Origin: Macrostomum lignano
Taxonomy: Eukaryota
Direction of reading: 5' to 3'
Length of the DNA: 64,000 nucleotides
NCBI GenBank assembly: GCA_002269645.1
Contig: NIVC01000368.1
Coordinates: forward strand, 124,001-188,000
In this document: positions 11,250-26,148 of the stretch, piece after piece
Layout of the letters: every line of letters begins with the position of its first letter
How positions within the stretch are numbered: position 1 is the first letter of the stretch
Notes under the pieces: model-generated
Told to the model about the DNA's origin: nothing
Seen by the model: only the letters and a program-made list of their open reading frames with translations
The model's database searches: none
Program-made: the position numbers and the translations under genes

Positions 11250-13138
11250 ATTAGCCTTCCGCCCTCAAGATAATTAGTAGCCTTCCCCCCCATGATAATT
11301 AGCCTTCCGCCCTCAAGATAATTAGTAGCCTTCCCCCCATGATAATTAGCCTTCCACCCCCAAGATAAAATTAATTAGCCTTCCGCCCCCCCCCATGATA
11401 ATTAGCCTTCCACCCCCAAGATAAAATTAATTAGCCTTCCGCCCCCCCATGATAATTAGCCTTCCACCCCCAAGATAAAACTAATTAGCCTTCCGCCCCC
11501 CCCCAAGATAATTAGCCTTCCGCCCCCCCCCCAAGATAATTAGCCTTTCGCCCCCCAAGATAATTAGCCTTGCGCCACCCCCCAAGATAATTAGCCTTCC
11601 GCCACCCCCCAAGATAATTAGCCTTTCGCCCCCCCAAGATAATTAGCCTTCCGCCCCCTCCAAGATAATTAGCCTTGCGCCACCCCCAAGATAATTAGCC
11701 TTTGGCCCCCCCAAGATAATTAGCCTTTGGCCCCCCCAAGATAATTAGCCTTTCGCCCCCCAAGATAATTAGCCTTCCGCCCCCCCCAAGATAATTAGCC
11801 TTTGGCCCCCCCAAGATAATTAGCCTTTCGCCCCCCAAGATAATTAGCCTTGCGCCACCCCCAAGATAATTTGCCTTCCGCCACCCCCCAAGATAATTAG
11901 CCTTTGGCCCCCCCCAAGATAATTAGCCTTTCGCCCCCCCAAGATAATTAGCCTTCCGTCCCCCCAAGATAATTAGCCTTCCGCCCCCCCCCCAAGATAA
12001 TTAGCCTTGCGCCACCCCAAGATAATTTGCCTTCCGCCCCCCCCCCAAGATAATTAGCCTTCCGCCCCCCCCCAAGATAATTAGCCTTTCGCCCCCCAAG
12101 ATAATTAGCCTTGCGCCACCCCCCAAGATAATTTGCCTTCCGCCACCCCCAAGATAATTAGCCTTTGGCCCCCCCCCCAAGATAATTAGCCTTTCGCCCC
12201 CCCAAGATAATTAGCCTTCCGTCCCCCAAGATAATTAGCCTTCCGCCCCCCCCCAAGATAATTAGCCTTGCGCCACCCCCAAGATAATTTGCCTTCCGCC
12301 CCCCCCAAGATAATTAGCCTTCCGCCCCCCAGAGATAATTAGCCTTCCGCCCCCCCCCAAGATAATTAGCCTTTCGCCACCCCCAAGATAATTAGCCTTC
12401 CGCCCTCCCCAAGATAATTAGCCTTCCGCCACTCCCCAAGATAATTAGCCTTCCGCCCCCCCAAGATAATTAGCCTTCCGCCCCCCCCAAGATAATTTGC
12501 CTTCCGCCCCCCCCCAAGATAATTAGCCTTCCGCCCCCCCCCAAGATAATTAGCCTTTCGCCCCCCAAGATAATTAGCCTTGCGCCACCCCCAAGATAAT
12601 TTGCCTTTGCCCCCCCCCAAGATAATTAGCCTTTGCCCCCCCCCAAGATAATTAGCCTTTCCGTCCCCCCAAGATAATTAGCCTTCCGCCCCCCCCCCAA
12701 GATAATTAGCCTTGCGCCACCCCCAAGATAATTTGCCTTCCGCCCCCCCCCAAGATAATTAGCCTTCCGCCCCCCAGAGATAATTAGCCTTCCGCCCCCC
12801 CCAAGATAATTAGCCTTTCGCCACCCCCAAGATAATTAGCCTTCCGCCCTCCCCAAGATAATTAGCCTTCCGCCACTCCCCAAGATAATTAGCCTTCCGC
12901 CCCCCCCCCCCAAGATAATTAGCCTTCCGCCCCCCCCCAAGATAATTAGCCTTGCGCCACCCCCAAGATAATTTGCCTTCCGCCCCCCCCCAAGATAATT
13001 AGCCTTCCGCCCCCCAGAGATAATTAGCCTTCCGCCCCCCCCAAGATAATTAGCCTTCCGCCACTCCCCAAGATAATTAGCCTTCCGCCCCCCCCCCAAG
13101 ATAATTAGCCTTCCGCCACCCCCCAAGATAATTAGCCA
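11250..13138. repeat. ~26-28 bp minisatellite (CCAAGATAATTAGCCTTCCGCCCCC) in an intron of the claudin-like gene
   Basis: Tandem array with variable C-runs and recurring variant blocks. Confidence 0.97.
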
Positions 13139-13190
13139 TCCATGTCTATAAGGTATTCTCGTATTTCAGTAGGTAATTCAATGCACTCAC

Positions 13191-13328
13191 TGCCAGCAAA
13201 GCAGACAATCATGCACAGAGCTTTCAGGCTGGCATTCTCTCTAGCCGAGTGCACAGTCACGGAGATGAACTCGAGTAGAAGGCAGCAGCCCGCACAGCTT
13301 AAGCCGCCGATAAGAAGTACTTTAATTG
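13191..13328 (-). CDS. Claudin/PMP22-like protein, middle exon (TM2-TM3)
   Basis: TTTCAG| acceptor and A|GTGAGT donor, 138 bp, phase 1-1; AIKVLLIGGLSCAGCCLLLEFISVTVHSARENASLKALCMIVCFAG. Confidence 0.7.
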
Positions 13329-13469
13329 CTGAAATTCAAATGTCATTATAATATAAGCTTAATTATTAATGCAGTGACTCAGTGTGTCCAGCAGTAGGAT
13401 ATTATACTGACCCCTAAATGAGTTCATTTCAAACTGCTCAAAACATATATTTTCTCACAACTCACTTAC

Positions 13470-13632
13470 CTGTAGCACTCGAATCGAAAAGACCCATCGG
13501 AGTTGCGTTGCAATATCCAATTTTGTGTTTAATGAAATTGAATCCGACAACATCAAACTTGATAAAGAAGTCAGCCGTGAACAGGCTAATGAGGCCGCAG
13601 ATAATGGCAGAGGATAGCGTAACAATAGCTAC
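13470..13632 (-). CDS. Claudin/PMP22-like protein, exon with TM1 and first extracellular loop
   Basis: CATCAG| acceptor, G|GTAAGT donor, 163 bp, phase 0-1; VAIVTLSSAIICGLISLFTADFFIKFD...KIGYCNATPMGLFDSSAT. Confidence 0.7.
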
Positions 13633-14347
13633 CTGATGAAAGCTTATTGTAACCATATTTTTTTACTTTTCGCTGACTGTAACAGGCTAGCTTAAACGTA
13701 GCAAAACTTGGCTATTAATTTAGCTTTTGCTATAGCTATTTACAATTTTAGATCACAGCTAAATATGCAATGTTTGAACCGGAAATGTTATCTACATAAG
13801 TATAGCTGCAAGCATCTAAAGTTGGTGTACATGCAGAGATTCATGAAGCTATTTACGTAGACCTGGCAGGACTATCATTGTACGTAGTTACAGATTTATA
13901 AGCTAAATATTGATGTTGCTAAAACATGCTGCATGGGTACCTAAACATGTACAGATGCCAGTTGTAATTGAAGAATATCTAGCTGTTTACAATATCTGCG
14001 CTATAATTTAGTCAACAAGTTTAAATTACATTTAGACTTTAATTTAAGACTGACAAAGCTTCTAGAACCTTTGACACTTTAAGCATTGACACTTCAAGGT
14101 CAATATATAGATCAGAACTATTACATTTTACGATTGATGTATTCAATATACACATGCAGTGCAACATCGTCAGGCACTGCATAACAACTCTCAACTCTGA
14201 GTCCACTACGTGCGATTGCCTTCAACCATGCATAACAACTGTACCATTGTCATGTGCTATTGTTCAGAGTATCTAGCTATAATTACCATCAATATTGTAG
14301 TTATAAGATACGTGTGAAAGTAAATGAACATGTATCATAGTTTTTAC

Positions 14348-14383
14348 TAAGAAATGGTTGAAGCCCCGAATTTCGATTGTCAT
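14348..14383 (-). CDS. Possible first coding exon of the claudin-like gene (MTIEIRGFNHFL)
   Basis: ATG preceded by TTTTCAG|TTTCAAA; phase-0 donor TTA|GTAAAA fits the next exon. Short, so weakly supported. Confidence 0.35.
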
Positions 14384-14789
14384 TTTGAAACTGAAAATTT
14401 CTAAGAAAAATTAATAATAGCCAGCCGAACACAGTTGACGTAATTGACGAGCTAATGCAAGCTATAGGGGCAGAGTACAGTGTACTCAACACGAAAAACA
14501 ATGGGGGAATAGACTTGGGATTTCCTACTGCATGACCAAACTATGAATATTGAAACTTTGACCGTAACAATGGCTGGTCGAAAGATCGAGGAACCATTAT
14601 AGTGATATCACTTCTTTGCAATGGAATTTCCAAAGGATATCCAATTTTTTAAAGATAAATACGGGAACTATCTGGACTACAATGATAAGAAAATCAAGAA
14701 TCAAGAGGAAAAATACCATATTTTGGTTCACTAAGACTCCTAAAGTGACAATATGATTATCCCATTTCCTTATTCTCAATTCCTTGCAG

Positions 14790-15192
14790 CCCTAGCAACA
14801 ATTTTGCTGTCTCAGCAACCGCCGGAACCCACTCAGCAGCTGCCGCAGCTGGTCCAATTTGTGAAATGGTACTGGACTAATACCGAGTTTGTCAGATCGA
14901 ACTCCAAGTTCAACAACTATTCGACACGAGCAATCTGCCGAAAGAGCGATGCAAGATATATGATCGGCATGACTGAAAAATATCTGGAGGATGCTGCACA
15001 TGAACTCGGAGAAGCTTTCACCGTCATGCCAAAGTTTACAAACCTGCAGACTTGCAAACCTGCAGCCCCCACGACACGGTTTACTAACAACTTGAATACC
15101 AGAGATCAAATCTTTGTAAAACTGGCGTCCAGAGCTCTATTGGCTGAATTCTTGGCCTCTAAACTGTTTCTCAAAGGACAAAATAAGAGTTG
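14790..15192 (+). CDS. Orphan protein, exon (possibly secreted; hydrophobic ALATILLS start)
   Basis: TCCTTGCAG| acceptor, open frame, TG|GTAAGA donor (phase 2) matching the acceptor at 15866. No recognisable family. Confidence 0.5.
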
Positions 15193-15504
15193 GTAAGATC
15201 AGTGATCACGCTGCAGCATCTAGTTGGGTTTTGCGCGGGGTTTTTGTTTAGGGGATGACAGACAGAATTAATACAATTCACGACCCGGCTTAAAATTGGG
15301 GTTATATCCAATTATAGTGGAATGTACATGCACACTCACAGTACACGGCGCCTTTCTCAGCGAACTGATCAATCGATTTTAGCAGTTAAAATAGCTACGA
15401 CTAACCTTGAGAGATCGCAGTCTATTGTTTCAACTGACGTTCAGACTTGTACTATAGTACGAGGGGGTAATCCAGCAGCTTTTAAAGCTTTTATAATTCT
15501 ATAT

Positions 15505-15730
15505 CGTAGCCTTTAGTGGTTAGAGCGTCGAACTCACGACACTGAAAGGTCGGGGTTCGATTCTCGACCAAGTCGAAACAATTTGTGTCCTTGAGCAAGA
15601 CACTCGACTCTGCATTGCTTCAGTTCACACAGCTGTAAAATGGGTGCCAGCATTAGCTGGGGTAATTGAGGGTGTGTGTTGGGACCTCCCAGTCCTTGGA
15701 CTGAACAGCCGTACGCAGTCTTCTGAAGCG
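15505..15730 (+). mobile_element. tRNA-derived CORE-like SINE, copy 2 (intronic)
   Basis: Shares ACTGAAAGGTCGG...GGTTCGATTCTCGACCAAGTCG...GTGTCCTTGAGCAAGACACT...AGCATTAGCTGGGGTAATTGAGGGTGTGTG...CTGAACAGCCGTACGCAG with copy 1. Confidence 0.8.
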
Positions 15731-15866
15731 CCGCGCAATAGCTGCGGCTGAGCTGTCGGTTGCATATCCAAGTTTAGTTTGTAGCTGTTTCCATTTTTGC
15801 TCCTCGGATTAAAGAAATGTCCGAACTTCCCGGACACACATTCGATCAACCAACTCTGTATTTCAG

Positions 15867-16092
15867 CCCAGCATTGGCAGTGAGTCTACGGGAGGCCGCA
15901 AATCATTTCTGGCATGCTACAAATGCTTACTGGAGATATCGACTGGTATGCCATGGTCTTCGGGTCGCAGTGGGTCTGCTGCACCAGCTAAGCGACCCAA
16001 TTTCTGAAACTGTTGCATCAGCCCTAACCTGCGACACACCTCAGCTACTAAACCATACAGATGTCAGTAAACTTCTGGCAGTTGACAAGTGA
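15867..16092 (+). CDS. Orphan protein, terminal exon
   Basis: GTATTTCAG| acceptor in phase 2; (C)PALAVSLREAANHFWHATNAYWRYRLVC...LLAVDK*, followed by AATAAA. Confidence 0.5.
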
Positions 16093-16296
16093 TATACTTA
16101 TTTGAATTTTAGAAATTGAATAAATATTCAGAATTTTTGTTAGAATTTGCTATCAGTTTTAATAAAAAAAAGATTATTCAGATTGCTTGAACAACAAATA
16201 AATATTTTGCGATTTAATTACACCAGTCATTCTGTTTATCAACTTCTTTAGGAAATGTTCAGATAGAATTAATTATTTTAGAGTCCATTATGCGAA

Positions 16297-18311
16297 AGTA
16301 TTCAGCATCAGATTGGTAAAATACTCAGCTTCAGATTGGTAAAATACTCAGCTTCAGATCGGTAAAATACTCAGCTTCAGATCGGTAAAATACTCAGCTT
16401 CAGATTGGTAGAATATTCAGCTTCAGATAAGTGGAATATTCAGCTTCAGATAGGTAGAATATTCAGCTTCAGATTGGGTGAATATTCAGCTTCAGATAGG
16501 CGGAATATTCAGCTTCAGATAGGTAGAATATTCAGCTTCAGATTGGCTGAATATTCAGCTTCAGATAGGCGGAATATTCAGCTTCAGATAGGTAGAATAT
16601 TCAGCTTCAGATAAGTGGAATATTCAGCTTCAGATAGGCAGAATATTCAGCTTCAGATTGGCTGAATATTCAGCTTCAGATAGGCGGAATATTCAGCTTC
16701 AGATCGACAGAATATTCAGCTTCAGATTGGCAGGATATTCAGCTTCAGAATATTCAGCTTCAGATCGGCAGAATATTCAGCTTCAGAATATTCAGCTTCA
16801 AATAGGCAGAATATTCAGCTTCAGGTAGGCAGAAAATTCAGCTTCAGATAGGTAGAATATTCAGCTTCAGATTGGCAGAATATTCAGCTTCAGATAGGTA
16901 GAATATTCAGCTTCAGATAGGCAGAATATTCAGCTTCAGATTGGCAGAATATTCAGCTTCAGAATGGCAGAATATTCAGCTTCATATTGGCAGAATATTC
17001 AGCTTCAGATTGACAGAATATTCAGCTTCAGATCGACAGAATATTCAGCTTCAGATCGGCAGAATATTCAGCTTCAGATTGGCAGAATATTCAGCTTCAG
17101 ATTGGCAGAATATTCAGCTTCAGATTGACAGAATATTCAGCTTCAGATTGACAGAATATTCAACTTCAGATTGGCAGAATATTCAGCTTCAGATTGGCAG
17201 AATATTCAGCTTCAGATTGACAGAATATTCAGCTTCAAATTGACAGAATATTCAACTTCAGATTGACAGAATATTCAACTTCAGATTGACAGAATATTCA
17301 ACTTCAGATTGACAGAATATTCAGCATCAGATTGGCAGAATATTCAGCTTCAGATAGGCAGAATATTCAGCTTCAGATTGGCAGAATATTCAGCTTCAGA
17401 TCGGCAGAATATTCAGCTTCAGATTGACAGAATATTCAGCTTCAGATCGGCAGAATATTCAGCTTCAGAATATTCAGCTTCAGATCGGCAGAATATTCAG
17501 CTTCAGATTGGTAGAATAATCAGCTTCAGAACGGTAGAATATTCAGCTTCAGATCGGTAGAATAATCAGCTTCAGATAGGCAGAATATTCAGCTTCAGAT
17601 GGGCAGAATATTCAGCTTCAGAACGGTAGAATAATCAGCTTCAGATTGGTAGAATAATCAGCTTCAGATTGGTAGAATATTCAGCTTCAGATTGGTAGAA
17701 TAATCAGCTTCAGATCGGTAGAATAATCAGCTTCAGATCGGTAGAATAATCAGCTTCAGATCGGTAGAATATTCAGCTTCAGATAGGTAGAATATTCAGC
17801 TTCAGATAGGTAGAATATTCAGCTTCAGATAGGCAGAATATTCAGCTTCAGATTGACAGAATATTCAGCTTCAGAATGGCAGAATATTCAGCTTCATATT
17901 GACAGAATATTCAGCTTTAGATAGACAGAATATTCAGCTTCAGATTGACAGAATATTCAGCTTCAGATTGACAGAATATTCAGCTTCAAATTGACAGAAT
18001 ATTCAGCTTCAGATTGACAGAAAATTCAGCTTCAGATTGACAGAATATTCAGCTTCAGATTGACAGAATATTCAGCTTCAGATTGACAGAATATTCAGCT
18101 TCAGATTGACAGAATATTCAGCTTCAGATTGACAGAATATTCAGCTTCAGATTGACAGAATATTCAGCTTCAGATTGACAGAATATTCAGCTTCAGATAG
18201 GCAGAATATTCAGCTTCAGATTGACAGAATATTCAGCTTCAGATAGGCAGAATATTCAGCTTCAGATTGACAGAATTTTCAACTTCAGATTGACAGAATA
18301 TTCAGCTTCAG
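16297..18311. repeat. 23-bp minisatellite (CAGAATATTCAGCTTCAGATTGG, ~87 copies)
   Basis: Direct tandem array; 23-aa periodicity in the spurious ORFs. Confidence 0.97.
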
Positions 18312-19001
18312 TCTACTTGAACAAGTAGAAAGTAACGAATTTTATTGCCCATTTTCTTTACTAAGTCAGACACAGTAGCCACACAGAGAGAGCAATCAAG
18401 CCAGGCAGCCACTTTAAGGTAAGAAAACTTTCAATGCAAACAGTTTTTAATGGCAGCTCTTTGGGTCTGCCAGTCTGCCCAAGCTATAAAGCGACTTCAA
18501 TCAATAGACGAACTTTTAATAGAAACCTTCAACAGGCAGGCAGTAGGCTTGAGCTTTCTCTTTCAACACACATGGTTGGGCAATCATTCTTAAGTTTCTC
18601 ATAAGCCTTAGTTAGTCAATTTTTCGACATATTGCATAGGTTTTGCGCTGTTCGGCCCAAAAATTTACTTAAATTCGATTTAATCTGCAGACAGAGCACA
18701 CTTTGAGCTTGGGTTGCACTGTCGAAAATCAATCTTGCAGTTTTTTTCTGGCTAAGGCTCCGATGAGGAATTGACAGGTTCTGTGACAAGACCAGATTAG
18801 ATTAGCTGATCTGGCGCTGTAAAAGCACCTGTAGTTCATTTCTTATTTATTCCTTTTAGGCTACCACTGATAGCGTCACATCTAAGACAAATATTTGAAG
18901 GAAATTCATTTGTCTGGCACAACTGTTTTAACTGGTTAACATATTTTGCACCGCGAATGGAACCTTAATGCTCAACATATTGTTTAGCTATAGTATGTGT
19001 G

Positions 19002-20640
<1,639 letters not shown>

Positions 20641-21490
20641 TCAGTGTTATTGATATGACGTGTACTCATAACAGAGGATCTCACACCAGTTTGCATCCTT
20701 TTTATTTCATATCTATCTATCCATACGATTTTGAGCTGACGAGAGAGTCAATAAAGAATGAAGCTCTTTGTAAAACCCATTTTCTATTTTAAGTCTCTGT
20801 CCACTCTGTTTTAAAACTAAGCAAACGCTTAAGGCAATCTGTTGCGTGGAGTATTGCCCACTTCGAAATTGTATGCGTGCCCCTCCTGAGTGCTCGGGAG
20901 GACTCTCTCTGTCTGGAATTTTCTGCTTTTTTGCCTTTTTTGAAGTGGTTCTAAAGTTTTTCTCAACGATTTCGCGAAGTGAATCGAAGTCTGAAGTCCA
21001 CCTGTCAGCGAGTAAGTTCAATATACATGTATTGATTTGTTTTTCCTGTTTCCCAAGCCACTTTGCTCATTCTAACTTGACTGCATGTTTTGTCAAAAAA
21101 TTTACCTTCATGACTAGTTTCAGCAGTTTTAGTGCAAGATATTCTCGTCAAAAGTGAAGCAGTTTTGTTCTTTGTTTGAGATTCATCTACAGTACAAGTT
21201 GAACAAAGATAATAAATATTCTAATTTTGGCTGGAGTTTTGCTTACCAACCACATGTTAACCAACACATGAAAATGCAGACGGATTGGCTATAGGATGTC
21301 TATAGTTTTCCCATCTTTGTGATCCAGTTCGCTGAAAAAACAGTTCCATGACGCTTTCCTATTGGCTGCTGAAAATTGGTTATAAAAACCCCGTTTTCGT
21401 CTTATCCTCACTGCTTTTTATCCCATACAACCACTCCAGTTCACTCTCTTCCCATGCTCTACAGGTCCTGACTCGTTGGCCCAAGCAGGC

Positions 21491-22267
21491 ATGGACTCTC
21501 CGCTGTCAATAGACGAGCTTCTGTCGGCCCATCAGGAATGGAACCTGACCTACGATCAACTGTACTACCCAGTACCTCTGAGAGCCACCATCTCCAGCCT
21601 CTGCCTGCTGCTACTCTGCATCGGTGTATTCGGCAACATTCTGGTAATTGTAGTTGTGGCCACAGCTCGAGTTCGGATGCTGACGCCAACTAACTGCTAC
21701 CTCGTGTCCCTATCGCTAGCCGATCTCATAGCCCTAGTTGTGGGCGTTGCTACCATGATTTCCGAGCTAAATGTTACAAGAGATCGTTGGGTTCTGTGCG
21801 GCATCATCGGGTGCAAGATTTCTGTCTATCTGTCCTACGTCGGAGTCAACACGTCGGCCTTTTCCATTACGGCCTTCTCCGTGGAACGATTCGTAGCCAT
21901 CTGCTACCCCATCACTGCTCAGACTGCCTGCACGGTGAAACGGGCCAAGAGAATCATTGCTGGAATCTGGATATTCGGCCTGCTGTACAATTCACCCTGG
22001 TTCTACCTGGCCACTCTGCTGCCTAAACCCGTGGCTGACACCAATGTCACCATTGAACGGTGCGGTCACAAGCTGGATAGAAGCAGCCGGGCCTACATGT
22101 CTCTGTACCTGGGCGACCTGGCGCTGTTCTACTTCATTCCGCTGGTACTGCTGTCGGTTCTGTACTCAGCCATTGCCAGGGTCCTGTTCCGCTCCTCGAG
22201 CACCTGTCAGGGCTCCGAACCGTTGAGGACTTCGAACGCTACGCGAGCTCTGCAGAGTCGAATTCAG
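21491..22267 (+). CDS. TRHR: Thyrotropin-releasing hormone receptor-like class A GPCR, exon 1 (TM1-TM5, ICL3)
   Basis: GVFGNILVIVVV...MLTPTNCYLVSLSLADL, LGVNxS-like YVGVNTSAFSITAFSVERFVAICYP, CTVKRAKRII..IW and SRIQ closely follow vertebrate TRHR. Acceptor CTCTACAG| at 21464; donor is CAG|GCGAGT. Confidence 0.88.
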
Positions 22268-23315
22268 GCGAGTCAACACATACAACTACTCAGTAATCAT
22301 TTTCACACGACTGACTAAGTTCCATTAATCTAAAGAAATAAAATAAAAAAAGCTTTTTAATGATACGCTGAGCTGGCGAGATCGGGAGGCCACCTAAGCC
22401 GGATGGATTAGGCGTGTGTATTGGCGCTTTCATGAGCAACATTTTGCTAATGCACCCTGTTAGTCAGTTGGGTACACGCGATGGGACAGAAGGAATGCAA
22501 TGAAGCGAACGATTTTGCACAACTACAAGCTTCACAATGTATCGCTGTAATATAGACAGACTCGTAAATAAGCTAAAATAAGAACCATTATCATTGATTG
22601 TAAGGCTACCAATGTGTAAGTAAGGAAGAATCGAATGCTTCATAGAATTGATATTAAAGCATCAAAGAAAAGCGACAATCAGCTTTATTAGTTTACTCTC
22701 GCACCGTACTGTACACCCTCATGAGGGCCTGTGGGACGTTGTCGCCGAAGGCGTTGCGCCTGACCTTGATTAGGCGCTCCTGTTTCCAATTTTAGCAGTT
22801 CCCCATAGCAACTAACCTGCCTAAGGCCCTGTTGGAGTACCAGGGTTCCAGTTGAATATAGGCTATTGAAGTTATACGAGACATATCGCCAACCAATAAT
22901 TGAATTATTCGAATAGGAACAAAGTGAAAAAAGGCCACGGTTAAAAAACGCACAAAGTCCATTAATTATTTTGCCGCTAGGGAAGGCAAGCAGGCCTTGG
23001 TAAAGAAAAATAGATTGCAAAGCGAGGCATTGAGTGAGCTGGAGGGAGGTGAGACAAGCGAGGCAAAGTGAGCTGTCTCGGTCCCGAGTGAGTGGGAAAA
23101 CGGGCGGGCTTGGCTGGAACGAGAAATGACTGTCCCTAAGAGAGGCAATCCCGCTTAGCTCGCTTTGGAAATGCAGGTGGAGGAAATAGAAAACACACCA
23201 CCTACCGCAGGGAATCCCGACTACAGGTCCCAGAGCGTTTGGTTCAGTTGGGTTGAGTAGCAGCGATATAAATCCAGATAATGACTGGACTGTGTTCCAC
23301 GCACAGGATATTGGC

Positions 23316-24203
<888 letters not shown>

Positions 24204-24968
24204 GGACAGTTGCTATGCCGGCAGCTCTGGAATGCAGCTGAGCCGGATTTGAAGGCAATTAATCGAGGATTTGGTTGGCCGCCTCAAAAGACTCTGTGGC
24301 TCATCAGAAATTTCTCAACACAAAATCCTATTTCATCAGAAAATCCTAGTTCATCAGAAAATAAGGTAAACAAATGGCTACTTGATGGGAACAGAATAAA
24401 CCACGCCTAGAAGTGAATTTCAATTAGCCCTTGCCCTAATTCCTCGAAATTCTTAATTCCGGACTTTCATTATCTGTGGGGATGAGCGCGGTTTAATGCC
24501 CTGTTCACCGGAATTCCCCCCCCCCCCCTGTTTACAATGGTGACTGCCCGTGTAATCAGATATATCATGACATCTCTCCTTCTCCACTCTCCCCTTCTCT
24601 CCTTCTCTACTCCTCCCCTTCTCATTGTCCACTCCCATCTACTGGTGTAACTATTAAAAGGCTTGGCTCACTCTTACCCAGAAAAGCTGGATCTGGACCT
24701 CAGACACTTCTATCCCCAAGAGCCAGCCTTAGTTAATCCCTCACATCTCCAATAATGTTGCAACTAAAGAAAAACCTTTAGTCAGCGCAAAGAAGAGAGA
24801 AGCTCAACTTTCTAAGAAAGAAATTCTACGCTTAAGCTGCGGATCAGGAGTGGAGCTTTCCTCATCAGCTTACAGTCCCACCTGGCAGAGCCAGGCTGAC
24901 TCACCAGCCTCGAATCTGCGTGTAAATTCTCATTTAGGCGGTGAATTTCATAAATTTCTGAGCACTTT

Positions 24969-25352
24969 CTGACTGACTGACTGACTGACTGACTGACTGA
25001 CTGACTGACTGACTGACTGACTGACTGACTGAATGACTGACTGACTGACTGACTGACTGACTGACTGACTGACTGACTGACTGACTGACTGACTGACTGA
25101 CTGACTGACTGACTGACTGACTGAGTGACTGGCTGACTGACTGACTGACTGACTGACTGACTGACTGACTGACTGACTGACTGACTGACTGACTGACTGA
25201 CTGACTGACTGACTGACTGACTGACTGACTGACTGACTGACTGGCTGACTGACTGACTGACTGACTGACTGACTGACTGACTGACTGACTGACTGACTGA
25301 CTGACTGACTGACTGACTGACTGACTGACTGGCTGACTGACTGACAGACTGA
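24969..25352. repeat. (GACT)n microsatellite
   Basis: Directly visible. Confidence 0.99.
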
Positions 25353-25954
25353 CAATGCCGCACAGACTTGAACCACAGGCACATCAATCAACAATGCCCG
25401 AGTCACCCAATGACGCATGGAATGAGTTTATTTTGACAGGTGCTGCGGAAGTACTCAACGGGAAACAAACCACTCCGCTACCACGTGACAGTTGGCTATT
25501 TCGAAATTTGGAAGAGAAATATGAAAGAAACATTTGAAGGTTGAATTTCCCTATCCCTCGAGTGCTGGGAGAAGGATAAGCTCAGTTCTCTAAATCCTCT
25601 GCTACACTCGCAGCTGCAGCCTGGCGATGAAGATTGACGCGCTGAAGACTCGGCCTCTGCAGCTGGGCCTCCCTGCATCTCTCTTCTGCAGAAGACAAAA
25701 TGTTTTTCCTGCCTCGGCATGAACTCTCTCAGGCTGGCCAACTAACTGGCTATCCATCTCTCAGTTTTTCCTGAAGTGCCCTCCCTGAGAAACGGATTGC
25801 TTGAGCAGCGAAGTTTGCCAAAAAAACCTCTAGCTCTATAAAAGCTAAAACCTGAGCCGAGCATTCGAAATGTCGAACATGGCCGAGCACTTGATGCCTA
25901 GGTTATGATTCTCCTGCTCATGCCAAGGTACTGTACAGTAATCTGTGTTGACTT

Positions 25955-26148
25955 CAGTCAGTCAGTCAGTCAGTCAGTCAGTCAGTCAGTCAGTCAGTCA
26001 GGTCAGTCAGTCAGTCAGTCAGTCAGTCAGTCAGTCAGTCAGTCAGTCAGTCAGTCAGTCAGTCAGTCAGTCAGTCAGTCAGTCAGTCAGTCAGTCAGTC
26101 AGTCAGTCAGTCAGTCAGTCAGTCAGTCAGTCAGTCAGTCAGTCAGTC
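25955..26148. repeat. (GTCA)n microsatellite (reverse complement of the GACT array)
   Basis: Directly visible. Confidence 0.99.

Noticed and set aside
16297-18311. Regularly spaced repeats as a possible CRISPR array (also 26637-27030, 42020-42325, 44232-44547)
   Set aside because: Units are contiguous with no unique spacers, no cas genes are present, and the context is eukaryotic.
22700-22765. Hammerhead-ribozyme-like string CCCTCATGAGGGCC...GCCGAAGGCG (Penelope-type)
   Set aside because: The core deviates (CTCATGA instead of CTGANGA, GAAG instead of GAAA) and stems I/III could not be built. At best a decayed relic.
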